Assembly (NCBI GenBank): GCA_041661645.1
Contig: JBAZUA010000004.1
Span: forward strand, 69,067-133,066
DNA from: Minisyncoccota bacterium
GTDB lineage: Bacteria > Patescibacteriota > Minisyncoccia > Phycocordibacterales > UBA6065
DNA: 64,000 bases
Reading direction: 5' to 3'
Positions 1-9,996 of the stretch are shown here, piece by piece. A program made the position numbers and the translations under genes. Numbering within the stretch: the stretch's first letter is position 1; every line of letters begins with the position of its first letter. The notes under the pieces were generated by a model. It was not told the DNA's origin and did not search any database. It saw nothing but the letters and a program-made list of their open reading frames with translations.

Positions 1-168
1 GACGATGAACTCGCCAAAGCTGATGAAGGGGAGGGTCTTCTGGAGGAGCGCGGCGACCAGGGGGTTCGCGGGGCTCTCGTTCACGAGCTTGAGCGTGCCG
101 AACCAGACATAGACGACGAAGAGGGCGAAGCGCGAAAAAGAGTACGAGAATTTTTCCTGCGAGTTCAT
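1..168 (-). CDS. hypothetical membrane protein (N-terminal part only, gene runs off window start)
   Basis: Minus-strand ATG at 168 (cat 166-168). Translation MNSQEKFSYSFSRFALFVVYVWFGTLKLVNESPANPLVAALLQKTLPFISFGEFIV is hydrophobic and TM-like. Confidence 0.4.
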   Translation of the reverse strand, partial: MNSQEKFSYSFSRFALFVVYVWFGTLKLVNESPANPLVAALLQKTLPFISFGEFIV

Positions 169-257
169 GCGTCTAGTATACAGGGCATTGTCGCGGGAGA
201 AAAATGCGGCGCTTGCCACGCTGTTTGCCGGGGTGTAGTCTCTGGCTAGAAATAACC

Positions 258-692
258 ATGAACATCATCGAATTGGATATGCGGTTTTACGGGAAGACTA
301 AGGGCAGGAAAGAGTTTCTCAAATGCCTCGCGCTGGATCTCGGTGAGTTTCTCGGCCCATGCTTCGATGGCCACGAGAACGGCGCGATCATGTTCTTCAG
401 GGAGATGATCAAGAACATCTATGACCATGCCGACGGCAAGGGCAGGGCTAGGTTTGCCAAAGAGGCGACGGGCATTCGCTTTAGGATCGAGGATTTCGGG
501 ACGGGCTCGCATGATTTTTTCGCCCTGAGAAGGGGAGGGTCCTCGAAGGCCGGGAATGGAATCAATTCTGGCAAAGGCCTCGGTCTTATCGAGGACATGG
601 CGACAGACCTTCACATTCGGGAGTGGAACATCGACTGCTCGAAGGGCTTCGCCTATTCAGGCCTCTACCCATACGCAAACACCCCCGCATAG
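258..692 (+). CDS. GHKL/HATPase_c-like ATP-binding protein (anti-sigma-factor / Ser-kinase-like size)
   Basis: N-box-like EMIKNIYDHAD, G1-like IEDFGTGS and G2-like SGKGLGL motifs in a ~145 aa protein. ORF track starts at 204; the internal ATG at 258 (MNIIELDMRF) is the likelier start. Confidence 0.5.
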   Translation: MNIIELDMRFYGKTKGRKEFLKCLALDLGEFLGPCFDGHENGAIMFFREMIKNIYDHADGKGRARFAKEATGIRFRIEDFGTGSHDFFALRRGGSSKAGNGINSGKGLGLIEDMATDLHIREWNIDCSKGFAYSGLYPYANTPA

Positions 693-726
693 GCGAGGGT
701 TGTTTTTTATGTGCTAAAGTAAACTT

Positions 727-1041
727 ATGAAAAAAGAAGAATCCCAATTCGGAATGACCGGGCCAGATAACACTCCTGTGGGTCTTGTCGAGAGGGAGGG
801 CTCGCTTTTAAGGGGAATGACTGACACTGCAAACAAGCCTCTGTGGGTTAGGGTTTTATCAATTATTCTTTTCGTTTTCTGTTTGGTGGTTCCAGGGATA
901 TTTTTTATTTTTGTGGCGCTTGTCGCGTATAAAGAGGGTGGCATTATGGGAACCTTGATGCCTCTCGGCATCGGCCTATTGATAACTCTCGCTGGCTTGG
1001 CTGGTCTAAAGGCTAACTTTAAAAAGAGAATTACAAAATAG
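727..1041 (+). CDS. small hypothetical membrane protein (2 predicted TM helices)
   Basis: ORF of 104 aa with hydrophobic stretches LSIILFVFCLVVPGIFFIFVALVAY and LMPLGIGLLITLAGLAGL. Confidence 0.4.
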   Translation: MKKEESQFGMTGPDNTPVGLVEREGSLLRGMTDTANKPLWVRVLSIILFVFCLVVPGIFFIFVALVAYKEGGIMGTLMPLGIGLLITLAGLAGLKANFKKRITK

Positions 1042-1178
1042 AAGGGATTTGCTCGTTGGTCACGGATAGTTTTCTCACCGTCGTTCGAAAACTTCCTCGA
1101 CCCCGGCTCGCGGTCTCGCCTGATGGCTCGACATTCGCTCCGCCTTTCAACTCGCGCCATCTCTTCTAATCAGACAAT

Positions 1179-1210
1179 CAAAAAGGCTCCCGAAAGGGGA
1201 GCCTTTTTGA
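1179..1210. terminator. rho-independent terminator (bidirectional hairpin) 3' of tmRNA
   Basis: caAAAAAGGCTCCC-GAAA-GGGGAGCCTTTTTg is a perfect 12-bp stem flanked by A/T runs on both sides. Confidence 0.65.
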
Positions 1211-1216
1211 TTGTTG

Positions 1217-1617
1217 TGGAGATGGCGCGAGTTGAACGCGCGTGCACATGATCTTTCCCGATGCTTCTACGCGATGTAGTCCGTCTTTGCCCCGCGAGGG
1301 GCTTTAGGAAAAGATGCTTTAAGACTGACAGAACGCACCTCTTCCGATTCCCATGCCGCTTTTGAGGGCGGATTCGCTACCCCTCTCGAGAAGAAAGGGG
1401 GGGGCTAGACCGGAGGTATAACATTGGGGTCTCCCGTGCCGGTCGCACAAGAGGTCAACGTCGCTTAGGCTATTGCGTAAGCGAATGAGAAATCTGCTGC
1501 CGTGAAATACGGCGAAGTGGAAGATTTTGCATTTGATGTTTGGGGCAGTTTGAAGAGTTACTCCAGCTCTATCGCGCGCGAAGGGAAGGGAATCACATGT
1601 CGAAGCCCGTCATCCCC
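1217..1617 (-). ncRNA. ssrA: tmRNA (SsrA)
   Basis: Minus strand begins GGGGATGACGGGCTTCGACATGTG, matching the tmRNA 5' consensus GGGGnUGAnnnGGnUUCGAC. It ends ACGCGCGTTCAACTCGCGCCATCTCCA, a tRNA-like T-arm plus acceptor. The acceptor GGGGATG pairs with CATCTCC including a G3.U wobble, the Ala identity element. A candidate tag ORF reads GCA GCA GAT TTC TCA TTC GCT TAC GCA ATA GCC TAA, giving (A)ADFSFAYAIA*. The gene lies directly downstream of smpB. Confidence 0.8.
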
Positions 1618-1643
1618 ATATATTTGCCGGACCGATGTCCGCG

Positions 1644-2087
1644 CTATTCGTATTTCAATGTTCTCTGGCTCTCGCGGTCGCTCTCGCGCCTCTTGATGCT
1701 CTGGCGCTTGTCGAACTCCTTCTTGCCGCGGGCGACCGCTATGTCCACCTTGACCACTCGGCCCTTATTATACACCTTAATTGGCACTATTGTCAACCCA
1801 CGTCCGGCCTCGAGATTCGCCAGCTTGTTGAGCTCTGCCTTGTTCAAAAGGAGCTTACGGACGCGGAGGGGGTCATAGTCCTTGGGGGTGTTGGCGACCT
1901 GATAGGGAGGGATGTTCAGCTGTATGAGAAAGCCCTCGCCGCCGCGGATGATGACGTGCGCGCCCTCCAGGGTTGCGCCGTGGGCGCGCAGGGACTTTAC
2001 CTCGAGCCCGAGCAGCTCGATGCCCGCCTCGAATGATTCGAGGATCTCGTAGTCATAGAACGCCTTTTTGTTCTCTGCCAGGGCCAT
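1644..2087 (-). CDS. smpB: SsrA-binding protein SmpB
   Basis: 147 aa protein with an SmpB-typical sequence (KKAFYDYEILE...GLEVKSLR...LLLNKAEL) and a basic C-terminal tail. Confidence 0.95.
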   Translation of the reverse strand: MALAENKKAFYDYEILESFEAGIELLGLEVKSLRAHGATLEGAHVIIRGGEGFLIQLNIPPYQVANTPKDYDPLRVRKLLLNKAELNKLANLEAGRGLTIVPIKVYNKGRVVKVDIAVARGKKEFDKRQSIKRRESDRESQRTLKYE

Positions 2088-2133
2088 GAATCCTATGCTA
2101 TCACATTCGACGGTTCTGCTATACTATCGACAT

Positions 2134-4068
<1,935 letters not shown>

Positions 4069-4094
4069 CCGCGGCCCTGGAGGTTTTTGAGGCA

Positions 4095-4130
4095 AAAAAG
4101 CACCACCTAGATGAGGTGGTGCTTGTGTTC
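4095..4130. terminator. terminator hairpin between ftsH (+) and the convergent minus-strand gene
   Basis: GCACCACC-TAGATGA-GGTGGTGC stem with AAAAAA upstream (a T-run on the minus strand) and TTGTGTT downstream. Confidence 0.5.
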
Positions 4131-4535
4131 GAGAGCGAGGAGCGCGGTCCAGGTCTCGGCAGACTGATCGTCGTCCAGGAGCTGTTCGAAGGGTATCCAG
4201 ATTGCCGTGTGGGGGTTTTTGACTCGACATCTCTCGTCGACGAATTCGGCACAGGCCCACACGTCTATCGTTCCTTTGCCGTGGGAGAGGCGCATTGGCG
4301 CGTATGCCGTAAAGGTCCTCCGGAACGCGAGCTCATCCTCGATGTATGTGTTTCGTATGTCGAGGGCGACCGCCTCGGCCTGGGCGTTTCTTGGCAGTGG
4401 CGCGTTGGGAAGCCAGAGCGACTCTTGGCTGCCCCTGACCTTTTTTATGCAGAGGACTCTGTGATGATCCACGCGAAGTCCGACGAAGACGACTATCGAT
4501 TCATGAAGGATCGGGGGAAGCTTTTTCAGTTTCAT
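4107..4535 (-). CDS. hypothetical protein
   Basis: 142 aa ORF with no motif I recognise. Its stop codon lies inside the terminator hairpin loop. Confidence 0.45.
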   Translation of the reverse strand: MKLKKLPPILHESIVVFVGLRVDHHRVLCIKKVRGSQESLWLPNAPLPRNAQAEAVALDIRNTYIEDELAFRRTFTAYAPMRLSHGKGTIDVWACAEFVDERCRVKNPHTAIWIPFEQLLDDDQSAETWTALLALEHKHHLI

Positions 4536-4738
4536 GTCAGTTGATTGCTGAACGGTGGAGTTTCGAAATCTGGTATAAGTATACTCCTCAACGCTCCGTG
4601 CGCCACGTCATTCGACAATATGATTTTTCTCACCTGTAATGAGCCTGACATGAACCATTTTACCCGCCCGAAACGTATTATCGAGCAGGGGGATATGTCT
4701 CGACGTTCCCTCTTGGTTGCGGACCCATCGTCACAACA

Positions 4739-4768
4739 AGCCCCGACCCGACCTCGGGGCTTTTTCGT
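4739..4768 (+). terminator. terminator-like hairpin upstream of tRNA-Ile
   Basis: AGCCCCGA-CCCGACC-TCGGGGCT followed by TTTTTCG. Confidence 0.4.
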
Positions 4769-4825
4769 TGTCTGGGTCGCGGGGCTGTTGTGCGGAGGGC
4801 CTCCGTAGTTTAGTATAGCCAGTAT

Positions 4826-4899
4826 GCGCCCATAGCTCAGTTGGTTAGAGCACAGAGCTTATACCTCTGGGGTCCATGGTTCGAGTCCATGTGGGCGCA
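4826..4899 (+). tRNA. tRNA-Ile with genomically encoded UAU anticodon
   Basis: Cloverleaf folded by hand. Acceptor GCGCCCA/TGGGCGC is perfect. D-arm GCTC-AGTTGGTTA-GAGC. Anticodon stem CAGAG/CTCTG with loop CTTATAC (U33, anticodon TAT, A37). T-arm CATGG-TTCGAGT-CCATG. Discriminator A; no encoded CCA. Confidence 0.85.
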
Positions 4900-4922
4900 C
4901 TGTTAAGCTAACATAGATTCAA

Positions 4923-5672
4923 ATGGACAAGACGGTCTCTGACAATGAAAAGACTTGGGATATCGTAGCGGATCAATTTTTTGAGGCTTCCGCTTTGCCC
5001 GTATGGGGGCCCTTTGATGTGGGACGCGACCTGAATTTGATTCCCGATATAAAAAACAGGACTTTCCTTGAAGTTGGTTGTGGCAGTGGGAGGTCGATAA
5101 AATATCTCCTTAAGCAAGGTGCCGAGAAGGTGTACGGACTCGACCTCTCGCAGAGACAGCTGGACGAGGCTACTCGGTATAATAAGACAAGCGTCGATCA
5201 AGGGAAGGTCGTTCTGATTAAGGGCCCGATGGAGGAAAAGATTGATATCGAACCAGTTGACGTCGTCTGTTCTATATACGCCATCGGCTGGACTCCTGAT
5301 CCCAAGGCTACCTTTAAGAGTATTTATTCGTATTTGAAACCAGGCGGGCTTTTCATCTGGAGTTGGGATCATAGCTTTTTCTCAGATGTCAGGTATGAGG
5401 ACGGAAGGTGTGTCGTTGTTCGTTCTTACCATGATGAGAAGACGGTCACGCTGAGGAACTGGAAAAACTCGGGTGCTGATGCATATATTACCTACAGAAA
5501 GACGTCGACATGGTTTCAGTTGTTGAGAGAGGCCGGGTTTGAGGTTGTCGGATACCATGAGCCTGCGGCAGGCAGTTCTGACAAAATTTATGATGATCCC
5601 GTAAGATATTATTCCATCCAGAAAGCAGAGAAGGTGCCCTCAAGCTTTATTTTTGTCTGCAGAAAAAATTGA
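4923..5672 (+). CDS. class I SAM-dependent methyltransferase
   Basis: Motif I LEVGCGSGRSIKYL with acidic residue (VYGLDLS), motif IV-like VDVVCSIYAIGW, and LKPGGLF. 249 aa. Confidence 0.85.
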   Translation: MDKTVSDNEKTWDIVADQFFEASALPVWGPFDVGRDLNLIPDIKNRTFLEVGCGSGRSIKYLLKQGAEKVYGLDLSQRQLDEATRYNKTSVDQGKVVLIKGPMEEKIDIEPVDVVCSIYAIGWTPDPKATFKSIYSYLKPGGLFIWSWDHSFFSDVRYEDGRCVVVRSYHDEKTVTLRNWKNSGADAYITYRKTSTWFQLLREAGFEVVGYHEPAAGSSDKIYDDPVRYYSIQKAEKVPSSFIFVCRKN

Positions 5673-5740
5673 GGACGCAAAATCACGGGATGTCGTCTGA
5701 CGGGCCTGAGGCTTATAGCCGACACGGCACCCTCTTTCAC

Positions 5741-5769
5741 TTGCGGTTTTAATATATTGTGGTATAAAG
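5741..5769 (+). promoter_or_regulatory. putative sigma70 promoter for the PEP-CTERM-like gene
   Basis: TTGCGG-N16/17-TATAAA about 65 nt upstream. RBS AAAGGAGG sits 8 nt before the ATG at 5832. Confidence 0.3.
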
Positions 5770-5831
5770 AGTTCATAAGCTCTTTGCCACAACGGTAGAG
5801 ACTTTTCAACCTCAAAGAAAGGAGGCCCGCG

Positions 5832-6479
5832 ATGAGACACATCGTAGCCCTGATGGCGCTTTTCAGCGTCTTGTCGGTACCGAGTCGGGCCCTTGTGCTC
5901 CAGTACTCGTTTTCAGGTACGTTCTCGAGTTCTGATTTTTCCTCGATTCTGGTTGGGGACTCGTTCTCCGACATGGTCACCATCGACTATTCCGCGCCGG
6001 CGGTCAATTCTGCGGGGGTCGATTTTACCTTCGCCGTCACGTTCGTCGGCGGTATGACGGGAGGCTCGGTGATTCTTGGCAACGGCACCTCGTGGGGCAC
6101 AGGTCAAAATTCACCATACATGGAGAGCGACGCTCAGACTGATCCGTTCTTCCTGTTCCCGATCATCCTGACGCCGACGTCCCTGATTATCGATGGCTTC
6201 GAGATCAACGACGTGAACGTTCAGATTCCGGTCGGAAATGCCTTTAACATGGGCACTGGCGGAACGATGTCCCATTATTTCCCCAACACGGGAGAGCTGC
6301 CTGATTTGGTTGGCGGGTGGTTTGTCATAAACCACCGTGATGGGTCGGGCGGCATCATTGCCGAGGCATATGGGGATATCACAAGTGCCTCTGTCACGGT
6401 AATCCCCGAGTCTTCCTCCTGTGCCTTGGCCTTTGGCGTCCTGGCCCTGGTCGCGATGTGTATTCGCCGCCGTCCGTGA
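5832..6479 (+). CDS. secreted protein with PEP-CTERM-like C-terminal sorting signal
   Basis: N-terminal signal peptide MRHIVALMALFSVLSVPSRA. C-terminus VIPESSS-CALAFGVLALVAMCI-RRRP is a PE(P/S) motif followed by a hydrophobic helix and an Arg cluster. Confidence 0.6.
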   Translation: MRHIVALMALFSVLSVPSRALVLQYSFSGTFSSSDFSSILVGDSFSDMVTIDYSAPAVNSAGVDFTFAVTFVGGMTGGSVILGNGTSWGTGQNSPYMESDAQTDPFFLFPIILTPTSLIIDGFEINDVNVQIPVGNAFNMGTGGTMSHYFPNTGELPDLVGGWFVINHRDGSGGIIAEAYGDITSASVTVIPESSSCALAFGVLALVAMCIRRRP

Positions 6480-6545
6480 TTCATCAGATCCATGTGGTCC
6501 CATCAGTTCAAGCCGCCCTCGAGTTTAACTCGGGAGGCGGCTTTT

Positions 6546-8765
6546 TTATTCGAAATGTATTCTTTGCTTCTCGCGGCGGGACAGTTCCTCGCGGACGAGG
6601 GGCAGGGCGGCGAGCGTATCGTCAGCCTCGACGAGCCGCAATGCCTCGGCGCGAGCCGCCTCCACCATTTTTATATTTTGAATTGCTTCCATGGCCACGT
6701 CGCTCACGCCCCATTGCTTCTTTCCATATAATTGTCCGGTGCCTCTAAATTTCAGATCAAACTCAGCCAATTCAAATCCATTCTTTGCCGTGGTCAGGGC
6801 CTTCAGTCGGTCCAGGGTCTTGTCGCCCTTGCTCTCGGAGAACAGGAAGCAGTGTGCCTGATGATTCGAGCGCACGACGCGCCCGCGCAGCTGGTGCAGT
6901 TGGGAGAGTCCGAACCTCTCCGCGCCTTCAATAAGTATCACCGTGGCATTGGGTACGTTCACCCCGACCTCGACCACTGACGTCGCCACCAGGATGTGTA
7001 TCTTGCCCGCCTTGAACTCCATCATGACCCGCTCCTTTTCCGCATCCTTCATCTTTCCGTGCAGGACGCCTATCTCGTACTCCCTGAACACGCTTTTCTT
7101 GAGCCTCTTCGCCTCCTCGACGACCGATTTCGAGAGCAGGGCGTTCTCCATGGTCGGGTCTGGCTCGTCGATGCGGGCGCAGATGACATAGGCCTGACGT
7201 CCGTCTGCGAGTTCGCGGCGCATCTTCTCGTACATGGCGTCGCGGGTGGATGGAATGACTACCTCGGTGATGATGGGTTTGCGTCCTACGGGCATTTGAT
7301 CGAGCAGGGTAAGGTCGAGGTCTCCGTATATGGTCAGGGCCAAGGTGCGGGGGATGGGGGTTGCCGTCATGGAAAGCAGGTGCGGGTGAATCTTGTCCTT
7401 GCGCACGAGTTTCTGCCTTTGCGCAGTTCCGAAGCGATGCTGCTCGTCGATGATGACATAGGCGAGGTTCTTGAACTCGACGCTTTTCTGTATGAGAGCA
7501 TGGGTGCCGATGAGTATCGATATCTCGCCCGATGCCACCCATTTTAAAAGCTGTGACCTCGATATGTCGGTCCAGTCCTGTCTAACGCCATTTCGAATGG
7601 TTGCGACCTTGGCGGGAAACTTGCGACAACCCGATCCTGTGATGAGGGCGATATTGATGGGGAGATGCCTGAAATATTCGATGAAGGACTCGAAATGCTG
7701 GGTGGCGAGTATTTCCGTCGGGGCCATATAGGCGACCTGAAGCGTCCCATAATCCTGCCCACGTGGTCGCGTCATAATCGCCGCATATGCGGTGGTGGCG
7801 GCCACGGCGGTCTTGCCCGACCCCACGTCTCCCTCGAGCAGGCGCGACATGGCATGGCCTTTCTTGAAGTCGGCGAGCACGTCGGCGGTGGCCTTTGCCT
7901 GCGCCTCGGTCATGGCAAAGGGGAAGCGTGACAGGAATCTGTCCACGACCTCTTTCGTTGGCTCGATGACGAAGGCGGGATTCTTCTTCCATTCCTTTCT
8001 CTCCCTCTGTCGCTCGAGCTGTATGTAGAAGATCTCCTCGAAGGCGAATCGTTTGCGGGCCGCCGTGGCGTCGCCCTCCTTTTGCGGTGCGTGTATCCAG
8101 ATGATGGCGGTCGTGATGGTGGGCAGATTGTATTTCTCGAGAATGTCGGCGGGCAGGGACTCTCGCATTGTGTCGAGTATGCCGCTCTTCAATATCTTCT
8201 GCACGGCATGATACATCCAGTTCGAGGTGATGCCTCGGGACTCGGGATATACGGGATAGAGGGTGTGCGACGGGCCGTCCTCGCCGAACAAAGAGCCTGC
8301 TGTGGCCGACGGCATTCTGTCGATGCGCTCGATCTGGGGATTGGAAAGGTAGAGCTCACCGTCCTTCTTGCGGGCGGACACCTTTCCCTCGACGCGGACT
8401 ATGGCGCCCTCGGGGATCATCTTGGCGAGATAGGGCTGATTGAACCAGACGGCCTTGATATGGCCGGTCTCGTCCGAAATCTGCCCGTCGGCCATGGCAA
8501 TCTTGGTCCTAAAGCCCTTGGACATCTTGAGCTTGGACACCGTGCCGAATATGACGGCGCTGTCGCCGGCGGAAAGTGCGCCGATGCTCTTTGACGCCGA
8601 GGCGTCTCCATAGCGGGCGGGGAAGTGATAGAGCAGGTCTTCGATGGTGACGATGCCCATACGTCTCAAGGCCTCCTTCTGGGGGAGCTGAAGGCGGAAG
8701 TGTTCCTCGACGCGGGAGTGGGGATACATGTGAGGTATTGTATCATCGTGATAAACTGGAAGCAC
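6546..8765 (-). CDS. recG: ATP-dependent DNA helicase RecG
   Basis: Wedge/OB N-terminal domain, helicase motifs GDVGSGKT, DEQHRFG and TATPIPRT, and C-terminal helicase domain. The true start may be an internal Met (e.g. MGIVTIEDLL at about 8660), because the 8765 start abuts the divergent downstream gene. Confidence 0.93.
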   Translation of the reverse strand: MLPVYHDDTIPHMYPHSRVEEHFRLQLPQKEALRRMGIVTIEDLLYHFPARYGDASASKSIGALSAGDSAVIFGTVSKLKMSKGFRTKIAMADGQISDETGHIKAVWFNQPYLAKMIPEGAIVRVEGKVSARKKDGELYLSNPQIERIDRMPSATAGSLFGEDGPSHTLYPVYPESRGITSNWMYHAVQKILKSGILDTMRESLPADILEKYNLPTITTAIIWIHAPQKEGDATAARKRFAFEEIFYIQLERQRERKEWKKNPAFVIEPTKEVVDRFLSRFPFAMTEAQAKATADVLADFKKGHAMSRLLEGDVGSGKTAVAATTAYAAIMTRPRGQDYGTLQVAYMAPTEILATQHFESFIEYFRHLPINIALITGSGCRKFPAKVATIRNGVRQDWTDISRSQLLKWVASGEISILIGTHALIQKSVEFKNLAYVIIDEQHRFGTAQRQKLVRKDKIHPHLLSMTATPIPRTLALTIYGDLDLTLLDQMPVGRKPIITEVVIPSTRDAMYEKMRRELADGRQAYVICARIDEPDPTMENALLSKSVVEEAKRLKKSVFREYEIGVLHGKMKDAEKERVMMEFKAGKIHILVATSVVEVGVNVPNATVILIEGAERFGLSQLHQLRGRVVRSNHQAHCFLFSESKGDKTLDRLKALTTAKNGFELAEFDLKFRGTGQLYGKKQWGVSDVAMEAIQNIKMVEAARAEALRLVEADDTLAALPLVREELSRREKQRIHFE

Positions 8766-8777
8766 AACACATCATTC

Positions 8778-9671
8778 GTGGATACGCTCAAAAAAATAGC
8801 CCTAATCATCATAATCATTGCCTCGGGAGCGACCTCTTTCTACATATGGAACAAGAAGCCCTGCGACTCTCCCATAACATACAGGCTGGGCACGTGGAGT
8901 GATAAATTCGGCGTGAGCAAGGCGGATTTCCTGAAGGCGGCGGCCGATGCCGGGGCTCTCTGGGATGAGGCGGCAGGCAAGACGCTATTCGTCTATGACC
9001 CGTCAGGTGATATTTCCGTCAACCTGGTCTATGACGGGCGTCAGGAGGCGACAGATCGAAGCAAGGTACTTGAGTCAAGGATAGGGAAGGTCGGACAGTC
9101 GGCGGAATCGGTGAAGGCCGACCTCGATACCCTCAGGGCTCGCTATGAAAAGGCGAGCGAGGCATACAAGCTGTCTGTCTCGGCATTCAAGAAGGAGCAG
9201 GAGGACCTTTCATCGCAGGTCTCGTATTGGAACGAGAGGGGAGGGGCGCCGAGCAAGGAATATGACAAGCTCGTGAGCGCCGAGACCGCCCTCAAGCAGT
9301 CTCTCGTGTCGCTCGAGGCCGAGCGCCTCGCGGTCAACGGCCTTTCGGATCAGGTCTCGGCTCTCGTCGACGCCTATAACGGTCTCGTTAGGAACATAAA
9401 TTCAAATGTCGATGCGGTGAACAAGTTGTCAGATAGGGAGTTCGAGCAGGGACAGTATGTTTCGAGCGCGAGCGGACAGGAGATAGATGTCTATCAGTTC
9501 GCCGATAGGACAAAGCTCGTGCGCGTTCTGGCGCACGAGCTCGGGCATGCTCTTGGAATCGAGCATAACGATGATCCTGAGTCGATTATGTACTATCTGG
9601 ACAAAGGGAAGAGCCTGGTGCTTTCAGTCGCCGACGAGGCGAGCCTTGGGCTTGCTTGCGGAATGAAGTAG
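8778..9671 (+). CDS. secreted zinc metalloprotease (matrixin/metzincin-like HExxHxxGxxH) with central coiled-coil
   Basis: C-terminal HELGHALGIEHNDDPESIMYY fits the metzincin motif plus Met-turn. N-terminal TM/signal IALIIIIIASGATSFYIW. The middle is rich in coiled-coil-like heptads (LDTLRARYEKASEAYKL...). GTG start at 8778 chosen; the ORF track start at 8625 would overlap recG. Confidence 0.7.
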   Translation: MDTLKKIALIIIIIASGATSFYIWNKKPCDSPITYRLGTWSDKFGVSKADFLKAAADAGALWDEAAGKTLFVYDPSGDISVNLVYDGRQEATDRSKVLESRIGKVGQSAESVKADLDTLRARYEKASEAYKLSVSAFKKEQEDLSSQVSYWNERGGAPSKEYDKLVSAETALKQSLVSLEAERLAVNGLSDQVSALVDAYNGLVRNINSNVDAVNKLSDREFEQGQYVSSASGQEIDVYQFADRTKLVRVLAHELGHALGIEHNDDPESIMYYLDKGKSLVLSVADEASLGLACGMK

Positions 9672-9674
9672 GGG

Positions 9675-9974
9675 CTACTTGAGGAGGTCAGCAGGGTAAT
9701 TGACGCCGGCGTTTGAGGCGGTCGAGGTACCGGTAGGGCAGACGAACTGGCAGTTTGGTCCGGTTCGGCCGACATAGGTTCCGTTAGGGCACATCTTTGC
9801 GTCCATGGTGCAGGCTACCGCGCTGTTCGTGCCGGTGGCCGCGTTGTTCGCAATGTCGGTGGTTGAGGGCGTGCCGGTGCCCGAGAACATGAAGTATGCC
9901 CCGACTCCGACAAGGACGATGCCCGCCGCCCAAAGACCCATCTTTGCTCCCGCGCTCATTGTTTTTGGTTCCAT
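9675..9974 (-). CDS. small secreted Cys-containing protein
   Basis: 99 aa with TM/signal GLWAAGIVLVGVGAYFMF, then a Thr/Gly-rich region with 4 Cys (ACTMDAKMCPNG...CQFVCP). Confidence 0.45.
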   Translation of the reverse strand: MEPKTMSAGAKMGLWAAGIVLVGVGAYFMFSGTGTPSTTDIANNAATGTNSAVACTMDAKMCPNGTYVGRTGPNCQFVCPTGTSTASNAGVNYPADLLK

Positions 9975-9996
9975 AAATGCTGTGATTATACTGTTA

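Noticed and set aside
1502-2036. Three overlapping + strand ORFs (64, 112 and 133 aa)
   Set aside because: They overlap the minus-strand tmRNA (1217-1617) and are antisense to smpB. They have no motifs and arginine/serine-rich low-complexity translations.
4545-4808. 87-aa + strand ORF before tRNA-Ile
   Set aside because: It spans a clear terminator hairpin (4739-4768), has no RBS or motifs and odd composition; likely non-coding spacer.
6928-8611. Multiple 60-200 aa ORFs on both strands inside recG (e.g. 6928..7542 -, 6996..7547 +, 7582..7992 -, 8082..8594 +)
   Set aside because: Alternative-frame or antisense ORFs of a high-GC gene with Arg/Gly/His-rich nonsense translations; RecG reads cleanly in its own frame.
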